Positions 23,143-35,966 of a stretch of 64,000 nucleotides of DNA are shown here, piece by piece. Where the stretch lies: positions 1 to 64,000 of the forward strand of contig JAUCBJ010008128.1 in assembly GCA_032718475.1 (NCBI GenBank). Reading direction: 5' to 3'. Each line of letters begins with the position of its first letter. The first letter of the stretch is position 1. Source of the stretch: Nemertoderma westbladi (Eukaryota > Animalia > Xenacoelomorpha). Made by a program: the position numbers and the translations under genes. Under the pieces are notes generated by a model. It was not told where the DNA came from. It did no database searches and saw only the letters and a program-made list of their open reading frames with translations.

Positions 23143-24513
23143 TTGCGCCTTGGCAAGGCACCACCTACGGGTGAGCGATCGGGCAGAGTTCGAGATGGCA
23201 GGCAAACTAGATGGGAGAGGAGAGAAGCAGAAGAGAGGGAGGAGGAAGCTAGGGCGCAGAGCTACGGCTTCGAGGAACAAGCGGCCTTAGATGAACTTCA
23301 TTGGGCTTCGTCAGGGAGTTCGGGGGAGTCTCTAGGCAAAGAACTGGGGTGTACGGTGGGATCACCGAAGCAGTCGACGTCGGGATTGCAAGCGATGCCC
23401 ATACCAGCGGGCGCCGAGGGCGATAAACCGCAGAGGAAGCTAGGGGAGCTTGAAGAATGGAGAGTTACGGGCAAGAGCCAAGGCGGGAAGGGACATAGTG
23501 GGTCCACCAGGATACCGGGGTTGGAACCACTGCGAGAGGAGGACGAGGACGACGACGAGTTCGGGGAGATGCCGCCCAACGAGAGGATAGGCCACTTGGA
23601 CACGGACTGGGTTGGCGGGAGGGTGGTGACGGCCAGTGGGGCGAGAGCCTTCTGGGATAAACCCGGCAAGCGGGCCTGGGTGCACGAGGAGCCGGTGATG
23701 GATTTCGCGGGGAGCACTATCAGGTTGGGCGAGCAACCGGGGACGGCACCACGGGTAGTATTCGGAGAGACGATGCCCGGGAGGGGCGAGGAGATCGACG
23801 TAAACGGGGACGCTAACGTCCAGAAGTTCACCTATCAGCGGCTCCACAGACCGCGGAGATCGCTTGGGACGAAAGATGACTTGGGGCGGGAGACATTGGT
23901 ACTCGGTTGCGACTACTGTGGGAGACAGACCCACCAGGAAAGGAGCTGTTTGTACCGGTTCCAGAAAGGGACCAGCTGTCTCTACTGCCACGAAACGAGC
24001 CACAGGATGGGAGCGTGTCCACGGTTGCATAACCGATGTCCGAAGTGCAACTTTCGGGGACACTACGGGCGCCAGTGCGACTGGATGGACGATGAGGAGA
24101 AGTTTAGGACCTTCGAAGAATGGGCCGACGTCGGGGCCATGACACGGCAGCGCATGAAGGCCCAGGAGTTTAAGTGGGGTTTCTTCCTAATCAACCAGGA
24201 GGCTCACTTGGAAATCATAAAGAGGAGGTTACCGTTTACCTATCAAGAGGTAGCAACGGCGGCGTCATTTGCCGGGGTAATGAATACGCAAAGGTATTTG
24301 GACAGGTGGACGCCACAGAACCGAGGGGCGTTTAGGGATTTCTTGGCGGAGCACGTACCGCGAGCAATGAAGATGATCTTATGGGACGCCACCAGGGGGA
24401 GACAACAAGGCCACTCGGAGGGGCCACCGGCGAAGCGATATCGGGCACTAATAACACCAGCGCCCAAGGAGCCAACAACCGGAATCAGTAGGGAGGTGGC
24501 AGCGAAAGTCTGA
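23143..24513 (+). CDS. Accessory 3' ORF of element A with three CCHC-type knuckles
   Basis: 456-codon open frame: CDYCGRQTHQERSC, CLYCHETSHRMGAC, CPKCNFRGHYGRQC; true start uncertain (first ATG ~23395). Confidence 0.75.
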   Translation: MRLGKAPPTGERSGRVRDGRQTRWERREAEEREEEARAQSYGFEEQAALDELHWASSGSSGESLGKELGCTVGSPKQSTSGLQAMPIPAGAEGDKPQRKLGELEEWRVTGKSQGGKGHSGSTRIPGLEPLREEDEDDDEFGEMPPNERIGHLDTDWVGGRVVTASGARAFWDKPGKRAWVHEEPVMDFAGSTIRLGEQPGTAPRVVFGETMPGRGEEIDVNGDANVQKFTYQRLHRPRRSLGTKDDLGRETLVLGCDYCGRQTHQERSCLYRFQKGTSCLYCHETSHRMGACPRLHNRCPKCNFRGHYGRQCDWMDDEEKFRTFEEWADVGAMTRQRMKAQEFKWGFFLINQEAHLEIIKRRLPFTYQEVATAASFAGVMNTQRYLDRWTPQNRGAFRDFLAEHVPRAMKMILWDATRGRQQGHSEGPPAKRYRALITPAPKEPTTGISREVAAKV

Positions 24514-25316
24514 AGGCAGAAAGTGGATCCCAGAGGAGCGGTAGTGACCAAGAAACGACCCAGGGAGGAGGACGCCAGAGGGAACTACCCTCATAGGGAC
24601 AAATAGGTTCCCAGGGTGGGGGGAGAGAAACTGAGACTTGGACGTGGTACGCCTGGAAGGCGCCACGTGGGACGTGCGAACTATTAAATACAAATTAAAA
24701 TGATGCAAGCAATAAATAAGTGCAATTTGTATGTACGTACGTAGTAATCAGTAGTTTAGTCATAAATATACATTCGAAGTAAGTATTATAGTCATACAAC
24801 CTTTTCCAATTAGCTACTGGACCGGGGAGAACTGACTATGACGAACGAGACACCAGACGATTTCACACTTCTTGAGTGCGACGGCACAGGAGGGGGGGTA
24901 AGATTCGTCAGAAGGAATAAGGCGGTTAAAGAGAGTAGAGAGTAATAGTGCGGAGAAGAGTGCGGATGCAATTCTAGTGTGGGGGGGGGGGGGGGGGAGG
25001 AATAAGAGGCTGAGTGAGGGACAGGAAAGTCCGAGAGTTAGAGCGGGAGAGAGGAGAGTCTGTATGAGAGAAGAGTAGAGTCAGGGCGAAAGTGTTGGGG
25101 TAACAAAAGTCGTGTGAGAGGCGAGCGCGATCGGCCCGACATGGGACGCCAGGCAAACCGGGTAGTGACATCATACCCATAGGGAGCGGCCTGGAAAGCC
25201 GGCTCCGAGAGAAAAGAATTCCACCCCACACCCGATACTAGATCGGGATCCAGCGGGATTGTAGCACACTTAAGGTGGATGCTATCTTCTCACCGGGAAT
25301 ATAGCATGGGGGGGAG

Positions 25317-25875
25317 TGTTAGCTTATTCAATCCCGCTAACACCCCTTAAAGTTAAGCCGATAAGCAATATTGGGGGACACGAGATTGGGCAATCAATCA
25401 CTCGTGTCACCCCAACAAAATGGGAAGGAGGAACACACAATAAGGGTCAGGGGCCAAACCCCTAACCGAGAGAGAATAGCTGGGGTGAACGGGAACACTC
25501 CAAAGGGCGCCAACAAGGGTATCAACCAATCAGAGGGGGGGAAGCATCAATCAGGTAGAGTAACAAGGCCAACCCGTGCAATATAGCCAGTTGGCAGTAA
25601 TCATATCAGTTCAGTTATCTCAGTATCATGTTGGTGCTAGTTAGGTTAGTTAGTTTAGCTAGGGAAGGACCGGGACTTTAATTACCGTAACCCGCCTTCC
25701 GTATACGACAACATTATTCATATGCCTATATCTATATACCCTATGTCTATATATCCGTACAACCGATTATTATATACGACGAACGACAGGAACTCCTTTT
25801 ACCTTTCATACACACGGCGGGGACGCGTGAACTAAACAACCGGATAAACCGGGATCCTTCCTGGATCCCGTCACA
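25317..25875 (+). repeat. 3' LTR of element A (559 bp)
   Basis: Preceded by purine tract GGGGGGGAG (25308-25316), followed by TSD GCATC. Confidence 0.95.
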
Positions 25876-27015
25876 GCATCCACAGAGCAAGGATTGGAGG
25901 AGCACAGAGGATTGAATACCTTGACGTCGATATACACCCGCTCAAAACGCCCACCCCACAGCCCACTCGCCGCAACGTTCAGACGGGCCTCTGGGTCTAC
26001 CGTAGCAGATCTCAGGCGGAATGACTTGCCCTCGATCGGCTGGAGATGGGGTTCCACCTCGACGTCGTGTGCGACCTCGCTGAGGAGCTCGGCGAGGAAA
26101 TCGCGGACCTCGTTGTGCCGCAGGATTGGGTAGGCTCCCATAGGGCAGTGAAGGGAGTGGGAGATGGTGAATACAGCACCGCAGGAGCAGTTGGCGGGCA
26201 GCCTCGGGGGCTCCCACCCAAATCGCAGACACAACGCATCCCGGAAAGCAGATTTGTGTAGGGAAAAGTTGTATCTGGAATTGGGTAGGGCCGAGAGCCA
26301 TGCCGATGCTCCACGCTCCTTTGCCAGTGTCCGATAGTAGAGGGCGTCTCCAGACAGTTGAGCATCAACCGCCGCACATCGAGTCTTCACAACCTCATCC
26401 TGCTCCTTGCGGATCTCACGCAGGATGGTCTGCTGTGTTGTACGAGTGGCTGGGTCCGAACACCGTAGGGGCTCCCCCCCCCCCCCCCCCTCCCTCACAG
26501 GGAGTGCCAGCAGCTGTCGTTCCAAAAGGCCGGGTGGGTATCTACCAGTGAGTGTCGGGATGACTGTGCTGGAGAGCGTTTCCTCAACTCGATCCAAGTG
26601 ACCGACTAACCCGGGTGTGGTGCGAGCCAAGAAGTTTACCTTTGGCTGTAAGCCACGGACCAGGCATCACGGACCAGGCATCCGTACGCGGGGTGGGGAG
26701 CAGTCACTGCGAAATCGTTGAGGTGTTCTAGTTGGCAACAGGTGGCGTCAACTCGCTTCTCCAGATACCCAGCACAGTAGGATGTGGACCCTATTACGGA
26801 CCCCAGGACTCGATGACCATCGACCATTTCAACAGGGAGGCCAGAGAAAATCGCGTTGGCCTCTTCGCGCTTTGAGTTCTTTACAATAAGAAATGCCTTT
26901 GTGGGGTAATATAATATCCATAGCCAGGCCCGATGGTTGCCGCTTCCTCCCAATAGTCACGTAGCATTCCGAGGTTACCAGCAGCGCTGCCATCATCCGC
27001 ATACCACTTGTGGAT
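25876..27015 (-). pseudogene. 5'-truncated CRE-clade non-LTR retrotransposon (RT end, CCHC, RLE endonuclease), frameshifted
   Basis: WYADDGSA, GHRVLGSVIGS, GASAWLSALP, FRDALCLRFG, CSCG...HSLHC, RHNEVRD, RLNV..GLW...YIDVKVFNP. Confidence 0.88.
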
Positions 27016-27159
27016 ACCCGGAAAGGTCATTGGATCCGATGAAACCGCCTCTCGGACTGGGTAAACCCCTGGTTGGGTGGAGGAGACCGCCAGTTGTAGG
27101 GGGGAAGCCGCCGGTTGTGGTTGGAGGGGGGAACCTGCCAGTTGGAGGGGTGATAACTC

Positions 27160-28010
27160 GAAGGCGAGGAAATCCTGCCAAGTACCTAACTGATCTAGAC
27201 TTTGCTGATGACTTAGGAGTACTCTCAGAATCATTAGAGGGAGCCCAACGGCTCCTCAGCTCATTAGAACATGCTGCTTCTAGTGTTGGTCTTTTTATTA
27301 ACTCCAGAAACACCAAAATTTTGACAGTTGACTTTGAAAGTCCTCAGCAAGTCTCTGATCGGATGAGCATAAGCTCAAAGGATGGTATGCTTGAGCATGT
27401 GGACGACTTCTGTTACCTGGGATCATGGATCCAGAAGTCAGGTGAGGACCTTCGAATACGTAAGGGAAAGGCATGGGCAGCCTTGAATAGGCTTTCCAGG
27501 ATTTGGAAGTCACCGAAAATTAAGGTCCGATTATTTAGAGCCGCAGTCGTTCCAGTACTCCTCTACGGGAGTCCATGCTGGGCTCTAACTGCTGAGGACA
27601 CCAAATCTCTGGATGGAACATTCACAAGAATGCTACGCCGGGTTCATTGTATCAAGTACAATGCACACATTTCCAACCAGACACTATATAACATTGGAGG
27701 TGTCTCATTGGTTCCCCCAAGCTTGACACTAGAACAAAATCGCCTCCGCTTTGCAGGACATTGCTTTCGCCGTGAGGACCAGCCAGTGCATAATCTTGTA
27801 CTTTGGCAGCCTCATGGAGTGAATAAGCATGGTGGACAGCCCATGACTTTCTTGAGACGCATCTTAAAGGACACTGGCCTTGAAGATGCGGATGATCTAG
27901 CAAATGTCATGGGTGATAGGGAGTTGTGGCGGTGCAATTTTGTTGACAAGCCGGCACAGCATTCTTAAAAATGCAGCTGCAATGCAGCATGCCGATCCTA
28001 GTAGTAGTAG
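27160..28010 (+). mobile_element. 5'-truncated RTE-clade LINE (copy 2, same family as copy 1)
   Basis: Near-identical to 15174-16030 in inverted orientation; ends ...GCCGATCC(TAG)4; 12-bp in-frame deletion versus copy 1. Confidence 0.92.
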
Positions 28011-28539
28011 ATAATAGCACAGTCTGAATATAATAGTATGCAACACAACCTTAGTGACGAAGGTCAAAAGTATTACGGTCTCACAACTGTAAGGAAATCA
28101 ACTAAACTAATAATCAATAATCACAACGGTTATATCATTGACACATATTACATTAGCCCTACACTACAGGGTGGCCTTAATATCCAATAGATGCGCTCTT
28201 GTCCTCTTCCTGCCCACTATTGGCTTAACCTGATTAATTCTCACCTCGCCACTCCCTGTTGGCATTGTCCCATGGTGTTAAGATGATAGGAAAAGTAAAT
28301 AAAGTATTGAGGGTCTTTAGCTGGTTATATTCATTCATTCATTACCGGACTAAACGCCTCCGGCGGCTATAATTAAAATGGTAGGACTAATAGTAGTATA
28401 TATATGTGCACCGTGTGCAGCAGGTAAAAACTGGTCGAGCAATCTAAAATCAAAATAAAATATCATTGAGCTCATTATGCTGGGTACAGGGTGCGCAACG
28501 AGCCTATGATATATTAATTCATACAACAAACCAATCAAG

Positions 28540-29055
28540 GCAATTCATCCAGGATTTTGAATAAAAGGAGTTTAAAGCCAGTACCCTTGAAATCTCAATG
28601 TTTGATTTGGAGAGTTTCTCGAATAATTTGCAGTAGTCCACGGTGTCGAAAGCGGAGGACAGATCTAGGGAAAGCAGGTGTATGGAAGAACCGCCATAGT
28701 TGAAACGTTTTACTAAATTATCTGCCATAAGGTGAGGTATCTCTGTGTTGAGTTTGGGTTTGTAGGCAAATTGCAGGTCACTAGTTTCAAGTTTGTCTGT
28801 AAAGTCTCCTAGGACAATGATTTCCCATAATTTGGTGAGAGTGTGTATGATGGAGATGCCTCTGTAGCTTCCACATAGTTGTTTATCTCTTGTTTCATTT
28901 TTTAGAAAAGGAAGCAGAATGCTGGTACACATCTTTTCTGGGAAGTCATTTGTTGTTAGAATGGTATTGAAAATATACGCAATGCATTCATATAATTCAT
29001 CGGAGAGACTGTGTATTAGGTGTTCAGCTTTGAGATTGTCAATTGTCAAATGTTA
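28540..29055 (-). pseudogene. Non-LTR retrotransposon RT fragment (N-terminal RT motifs)
   Basis: SYRGISIIHTLTKLWE, LQFAYKP, LDLSSAFDTVDY; truncated on both sides; clade uncertain. Confidence 0.8.
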
Positions 29056-29829
29056 CTTTTTCTATCATCTTTATACTATGCTGCCGCTGGTGAATGCCTA
29101 CCACTTCATTCGTTCGTTTAATATTCCGCGGAGGGCCGCTCAAGGTATGGCGAAAGTCTGTCGACTACAGGACTCTATTTCAAACCTTCCCCACCAAATC
29201 TACTATTTGAAAAGATGTAACTCCAACAATATCACACCTCGCTATATTACCAATAGAAGTTACCGACTTCAACTCGATTACCCCTCCATTGCCAGAGGCC
29301 TCATACACCGAATTATTAGACATGATATCAACATCCTCTACGGAAAACTCTACAACCTCAAGAAACAATACGACGAAATCATAGATTACATATCCCCCAC
29401 ACTTAACACGATGAATATCTCCACAGATTTCAAAAGTCACCTCAAACTCATACGTAAATACCGACTCAACACCGCTCTCGAATTCTTTGATAGAAAATTC
29501 AACAAACTATTACCTAAACAAAAGATGATCACGGAACTCACACCTCCATCTGAACTCGACAAAAAACTCCCACCACTTCAAAAACCTGCACGTAACTCTA
29601 CAGTTGTCAACTACAGTCATCACGACCTCAACGAGGATGAAACATCCCTACTAGAACTCGGTAAGAACTTTATTCCATCTCGAAACCCCCACCCAGAAGA
29701 CAAACTACAAGCACATATTAATATTACTAGATTCGCTACGGGATTACGAAAATTCTCTCGTATAAACACACACGGTACCACTCCTAAGAACATAACCCAC
29801 TCTAAAACCACCTACCTAAGGACGAACAA

Positions 29830-30980
29830 CAACGACCAGGGGGCTTACAACAACAACCCAGGAGCGAACACCACTTTCTCCGAGACGAACACAAACCCAG
29901 GAGAGCACAATAACCCAGAGGCGAACAATATTCCAGGGGCCAACACCCATCCACGTGAGGACACCAACCACCCAGTGGATAACACCAACAACCCAGGGAC
30001 GGACACCAACCCATGGGCGAACACTAACCACCCAGTGGTGGACACCAACCACCCAGGGGCGAACACCAACAACCCAGGGACAAACACCAACCCAGGGGCG
30101 AACACCAAACACACAGGGGCGAACACCAACCAGTCTGAGGCGAACACCAGCAACCAAGGGACGAACACCAACCCAGGGGCTAACGACAACCACCCAGTGG
30201 TAAACACCAACAACCCAGGGGCGAACAACAATCCAGGGGCGAACACCCATCAACTCGTAAACACCAACCACCCAGTGGAGAACACCAACAACTCAGGAAC
30301 GAACACAAAACCGTGGGCCAACGCAAACCACCCAGGGGAGAACACCCACCACCCAGGGGTGAACACCCAGAACCCATTGACAAATACCAACCAATGGGCG
30401 AACGCCAACCATCCAGGAACGAACATCAAACCAGGGGGGAACGCCAACCACCCAGGGGTGAACACTAACAACCCAGAGGCGAACACCAACCCACCGACGT
30501 ACACCAACAACCCAAGGGCAAACACCAACCACCCAGGGGGGAACACCAAACCAGGGGGGAACGCCAACCACCCAGGGGTGAACGACAACAACCCAGGGGC
30601 AAACACCAACCACCCAGGTGCGAACACCAAACAAGAGGGGAACGCCAACCGCCCAGGGGAAAATATCAACCATCCAGAGATGAACGCCAACCCATGGGTA
30701 AACGGGAAACAAGGAGCGAACACAAACCCAAGAAAAAACGCCAACTACCCAGGGGAAAACACCAACCCACGGGCGAACAACAACCCAGGGGCAAACACCA
30801 ACCCATGGACAAACGCCAACAACACAGGGGCGGGAAACAACCCGGAAGTGAACACCAACTACTCAGGAACGATAACCAACGACCAAAACGGGAGCACCAA
30901 CACCCCAGGGACGAAGACTAACAACATGGGAGCAACCACCAACAACCCAGGAGCACACACCAACTCAAAGGACGCCAACA
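29830..30980 (+). repeat. In-frame Asn/Thr/Pro/Gly repeat (GANTNHP/NTNNPG) in the PLE N-terminal region
   Basis: Degenerate 18-21 bp units such as AACACCAACAACCCAGGGGCG; frame stays open. Confidence 0.85.
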
Positions 30981-32129
30981 ACAAACTAATCAGACAACTC
31001 AACAAATCTCTAAAAACACCCCCTCGAGCCCTACCTCCGAAAAGCGACGACGAAATAGTGGAAGCTCTCATCGCCGAACTACACCGTGACGTAGACCGAA
31101 CACCCAATGTCTCCCCCAAAAATGTACCTCAGGCCAACCTTACGAAACAACAACGAACTGTCCTCAAATCACTCAAGTCCAACACTAACATTCGTATCTG
31201 TAGGGGCGATAAATCTGGTAACACTGTAATCCTAGATACCAATGACTATAAAAATGAATGCTTACGTATTTTAAGAGACCCTAACACCTATACTACATTA
31301 ACTAAAGACCCTACTAATAAATACAGAACACAACTTGACGCACTACTACAAACCTGTAATATCGACACCAAACACACACTACACCCACTACTACTACCTA
31401 AACACCCTAAGATAGCGTACTTCTACTGCACTATTAAAGACCACAAGGACAGGGAATCATGGATAAACTGGGGCGACGGTAGACTCTTACCTAAGGGCAG
31501 ACCTATAGTTGCCACCATGGGCACCCTTCTACACCCACTTTCCCGCTTTGCTAACGACCTTCTAGAACCCGCGGTCACTCGCCTTGAGTCTAACTTGAAA
31601 GGGACAGACGACTTCCTATCAGCCCTCCCTAGAGATATTGGACCCGACTGCACTCTGATTTCACTGGACGTCGTAGACATGTACACTAACATTACCCATG
31701 ATGTAGGATGTAGGGCATTACGACAAGCACTCTCCGAGGACACGCACTTCACACAACAAACACTCATCTCATTAGATAACTTTATACTACTCGTCCGATT
31801 TATACTTGAACATAACTACTTCACTTTTGATAACACACTATACCTTCAATTACGAGGCGCAGCCATGGGTAGCAGTTTCTCGAAAAACTACGCTAGCCTA
31901 ACCATATCTAGATTAGAGATACACTTCCTCCACATCCTGAACAACCCCATTAATAACTACCTAAACGCGAGTGTATCAAACAGACTCCCTAACCCAACTA
32001 ACCTGGATACTAACACACCCGATCTGGATCTAACCACCCCTACCAACCCGAGCTCAACAACCACTGATCCCAACACTACTAACAAGACCAGATATAATCC
32101 TAGTATAACTCCCCTAAAATCTATCAAAA

Positions 32130-35100
32130 ACACCCCTGAAACTCACAGAACTACCATAACTACCCCCGTAACTAATACAACCACCCCTGAAACTAACATA
32201 ACTACCCCCAAAACTACCCTAACTATCCATGAAACTAACATAACTACTCCTGATATTAACATAACTACCCCTGAAACAACCATAAGTACCAACGAAACTA
32301 ACGGAACTAACATAACTACCCCTGATACTAACGAAACTAACATAACTACCCCTGAAACTACCATAAGTACCAACGAAACTAACGAAACTAACATAACTAC
32401 CCCTGATACTAACGAAACTAACATAACTACCCCTGAAACTAACATAACTACCCCTGGAACTAACATAACTACCCCTGGAACTAACAGAACTACCCCTGGA
32501 ACTAACATAACGACCCCTGGAACTAACATAACTACCCCTGGAACTAACAGAACTACCCCTGGAACTAACATAACTACCCCTGGAACTAACATAACTACCC
32601 CTGAAACTAACGAAACTAACATAAATACCCCTGATACTAACGAAACTAACATAACTACCCCTGAAACTACCATAAGTACCCATGAAACTAACATAACTAC
32701 CCCTGAAACTAACGAAACTAACATAACTACCCCTGATACTAACGAAACTAACATAACTACTCCTGAAACTACCATAAGTACCAACGAAACTAACATAACT
32801 ACCCCTGAAACTAACGTAACTAACATAACTACCCCTGGAACTAACATAACTACCCCTGAAACTAACGAAACTAACATAACTACCCCTGAAACTACCATAA
32901 GTACCAACGAAACTAACATAACTACCCCTGGAACTAACATAACTACCCCTGGAACTAACATAACTACCCCTGAAACTAACGAAACTAACATAACTACCCC
33001 TGAAACTACCATAAGTACCCACGAAACTAACATAACTACCCCTGAAACTACCATAAGTACCCATGAAACTAACATAACTACCCCTGAAACTAACGAAACT
33101 AACATAACTACCTCTGATACTAACTAAACTAACATAACTACCCCTGAAACTACCATAAGTACCCATGAAACTAACATAACTACCCCTGAAACTAACGAAA
33201 CTAACATAACTACCCCTGATACTAACGAAACTAACATAACTACTCCTGAAACTACCATAAGTACCAACGAAACTAACATAACTACCCCTGGAACTAACAT
33301 AACTACCCCTGTAACTAACATAACTACCCCTGGAACTAACGAAACTAACATAACTACCCCTGAAACTACCATAAGTACCAACAAAACTAACATAACTACC
33401 CCTGAAACTAACATAAGTACCCATGGTACTAACATAACTACCCCTGGAACTAACAGAACTACCCCTGGAACTAACAAAACTAACATAACTACTCCTGAAA
33501 CTACCATAAGTACCAACGAAACTAACATAACTACCCATGAAACTAACATAACTAACATAACTACCCCTGATACTAACGAAACTAACATAACTACTCCTGA
33601 AACTACCATAAGTACCAACGAAACTAATATAACTACCCCTGGAACTAACATAACTACCCCTGGAACTAACATAACTACCCCTGGAACTAACGAAACTAAC
33701 ATAACTACCCCTGAAACTACCATAAGTACCAACGAAACTAACATAACTACTCCTGATACTAACAAAACTAACATAACTACTCCTGAAACTACCATAAGTA
33801 CCAACGAAACTAACATAACTACCCCTGGAACTAACATAACTACCCCTGGAACTAACATAACTACCCCTGGAACTAACGAAACTAACATAACTACCCCTGA
33901 AACTACCATAAGTACCAACGAAACTAACATAACTACTCCTGAAACTACCATAAGTACCAACGAAACTAACATAACTACCCATGAAACTAACATAACTACC
34001 CCTGAAACTAACGAAACTAACATAACTACCCCTGAAACTACCATAAGTACCAACGAAACTAACATAACTACTCCTGAAACTACCATAAGTACCCATGAAA
34101 CTAACATAACTACCCCTGAAACTAACGAAACTAACATAACTACCCCTGATACTAACGAAACTAACATAACTACTCCTGAAACTACCATAAGTACCAACGA
34201 AACTAACATAACTACCCCTGGAACTAACATAACTACCCCTGGAACTAACGAAACTAACATAACTACCCCTGAAACTACCATAAGTACCAACGAAACTAAC
34301 ATAACTACCCCTGAAACTAACATAAGTACCCATGGTACTAACATAACTACCCCTGGAACTAACAGAACTACCCCTGGAACTAACAAAACTAACATAACTA
34401 CTCCTGAAACTACCATAAGTACCAACGAAACTAACATAACTACCCATGAAACTAACATAACTACCCCTGAAACTAACGAAACTAACATAACTACCCCTGA
34501 AACTACCATAAGTACCAACGAAACTAACATAACTACCCATGAAACTAACATAACTACCCATGAAACTAACGAAACTACCATAAGTACCCCTGAAACTAAC
34601 ATAACTACCCCTGGAACTAACATAACTACCCCTGGAACTAACAGAACTACCCCTGGAACTAACAAAACTACCCCTGAAACTACCATAAGTACCCATGATA
34701 CTAACATAACTACCCCTGAAACTAAAGAAACTAACATAACTACCCCTGGAACTAACAGAACTACCCCTGAAACTACCATAAGTACCCATGAAACTAACAT
34801 AACTATCCCTGAAACTACCATAAGTACCCATGAAACTAACATAACTAACTACCCCTGAAACTACCATAAGTACCCATGAAACTAACATAACTACCCCTGA
34901 AACAAACGAAACTAACATAACTACCCCTGAAACTACCATAAGTACCCATGAAACTAACATAACTACCCCTGATACTAACGAAACTAACATAACTACCCCT
35001 GAAACTACCATAAAGTACCCATGAAACTAACATAACTACCCCTGATACTAACGAAACTAACATAACTACCCCTGACACTACCATAACTACCCATGAAACT

Positions 35101-35210
35101 AACATAACTACCCCTGAAACTACCATAAGTACCCATGGTACTAACATAAATACCCCTGAAACTAACAAAACTAACATAACTACCACTGGAACTAATATAA
35201 CTACCCCGGA
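32130..35210 (+). repeat. Codon-phased minisatellite (21-bp ACTAACATAACTACCCCTGGA plus 9-bp ACTAACGAA variants; TNITTPE/G)
   Basis: Visible tandem structure lying between RT motifs GAAMGS and FVDD. Confidence 0.92.
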
Positions 35211-35966
35211 ACCTACCCCTTCCACCCCAGTCTGTAATAATATAACTACCTCAGTCACCTATAAAACCAAACTAGCACCAAACACTACACCTAACCCCGT
35301 TTTCTCAGATCCAATAATAACGACCCCAATATCTAACCTTACACCTCCAGATTCCAACATCAATATTACAGAAACTATCCTATCTATCTCAGATCCTAAT
35401 ATAACCATAACTAACGAAACTACCTCAACCTCGGATCCAAACATAACCCCCCCAGACGATAATACAACTTACCCTATTCCATTCTACAAACGGTTTGTTG
35501 ACGACAGCTATGGTATAGTACAACGTATATTAAGTGAACAGGACATTCACAACATACAGAAAATCACTAACTCCTCTTGTAACGACTTATTCCAAAACTC
35601 TCATATACAATTCACCATTGAATACTCCCACACATCACTCCCATTCCTTGACGTCCTGACACAGATTAACAACGAAACACTAACAACTACATTATACAAA
35701 AAACCAACTAGCAATAAACTCCCGATTCACTACAATAGCTTCCATGATAAGAAATTACTACTATCCGTAATTCGTAGCCAACTCCTACGCATCCACCGCA
35801 GATGTAGCGAGCCTAACGACTATACCAAACTCAGAGACGAATTCCTTGGCGAATGTCTACTCAGGCAGTACCCCCAGAACCTCCTTAACAAACTTAAACA
35901 TTGGACTCCCCAAACTAGACCTAAAGACACTAACTCGAAACCCACATTTTACCTAGGCACCAACAG

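Larger units (their letters stand above)
2469..25875 (+). mobile_element. BEL/Pao-like LTR retroelement A (Gag-protease, pol vestigial, extra 3' zinc-knuckle ORF); contains nested element B1
   Basis: Paired TG...CA LTRs, 5-bp TSD GCATC (2464-2468, 25876-25880), purine tract before the 3' LTR, BEL-type gag and LVDSGA protease. Confidence 0.93.

Noticed and set aside
26937-27968. 343-aa ORF as a novel fusion protein
   Set aside because: Chance read-through from antisense CRE/flank sequence into a 5'-truncated RTE; non-ATG start.
28919-29077. N-terminal extension of the 1402-aa PLE ORF
   Set aside because: It is the antisense strand of the neighbouring LINE fragment; the real start is more likely ATG 29078 or 29147.
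32143-35258. Long minus-strand ORFs (930, 572, 320 aa; VVMLVS / GSYVSF)
   Set aside because: Shadow frames of the codon-phased minisatellite.
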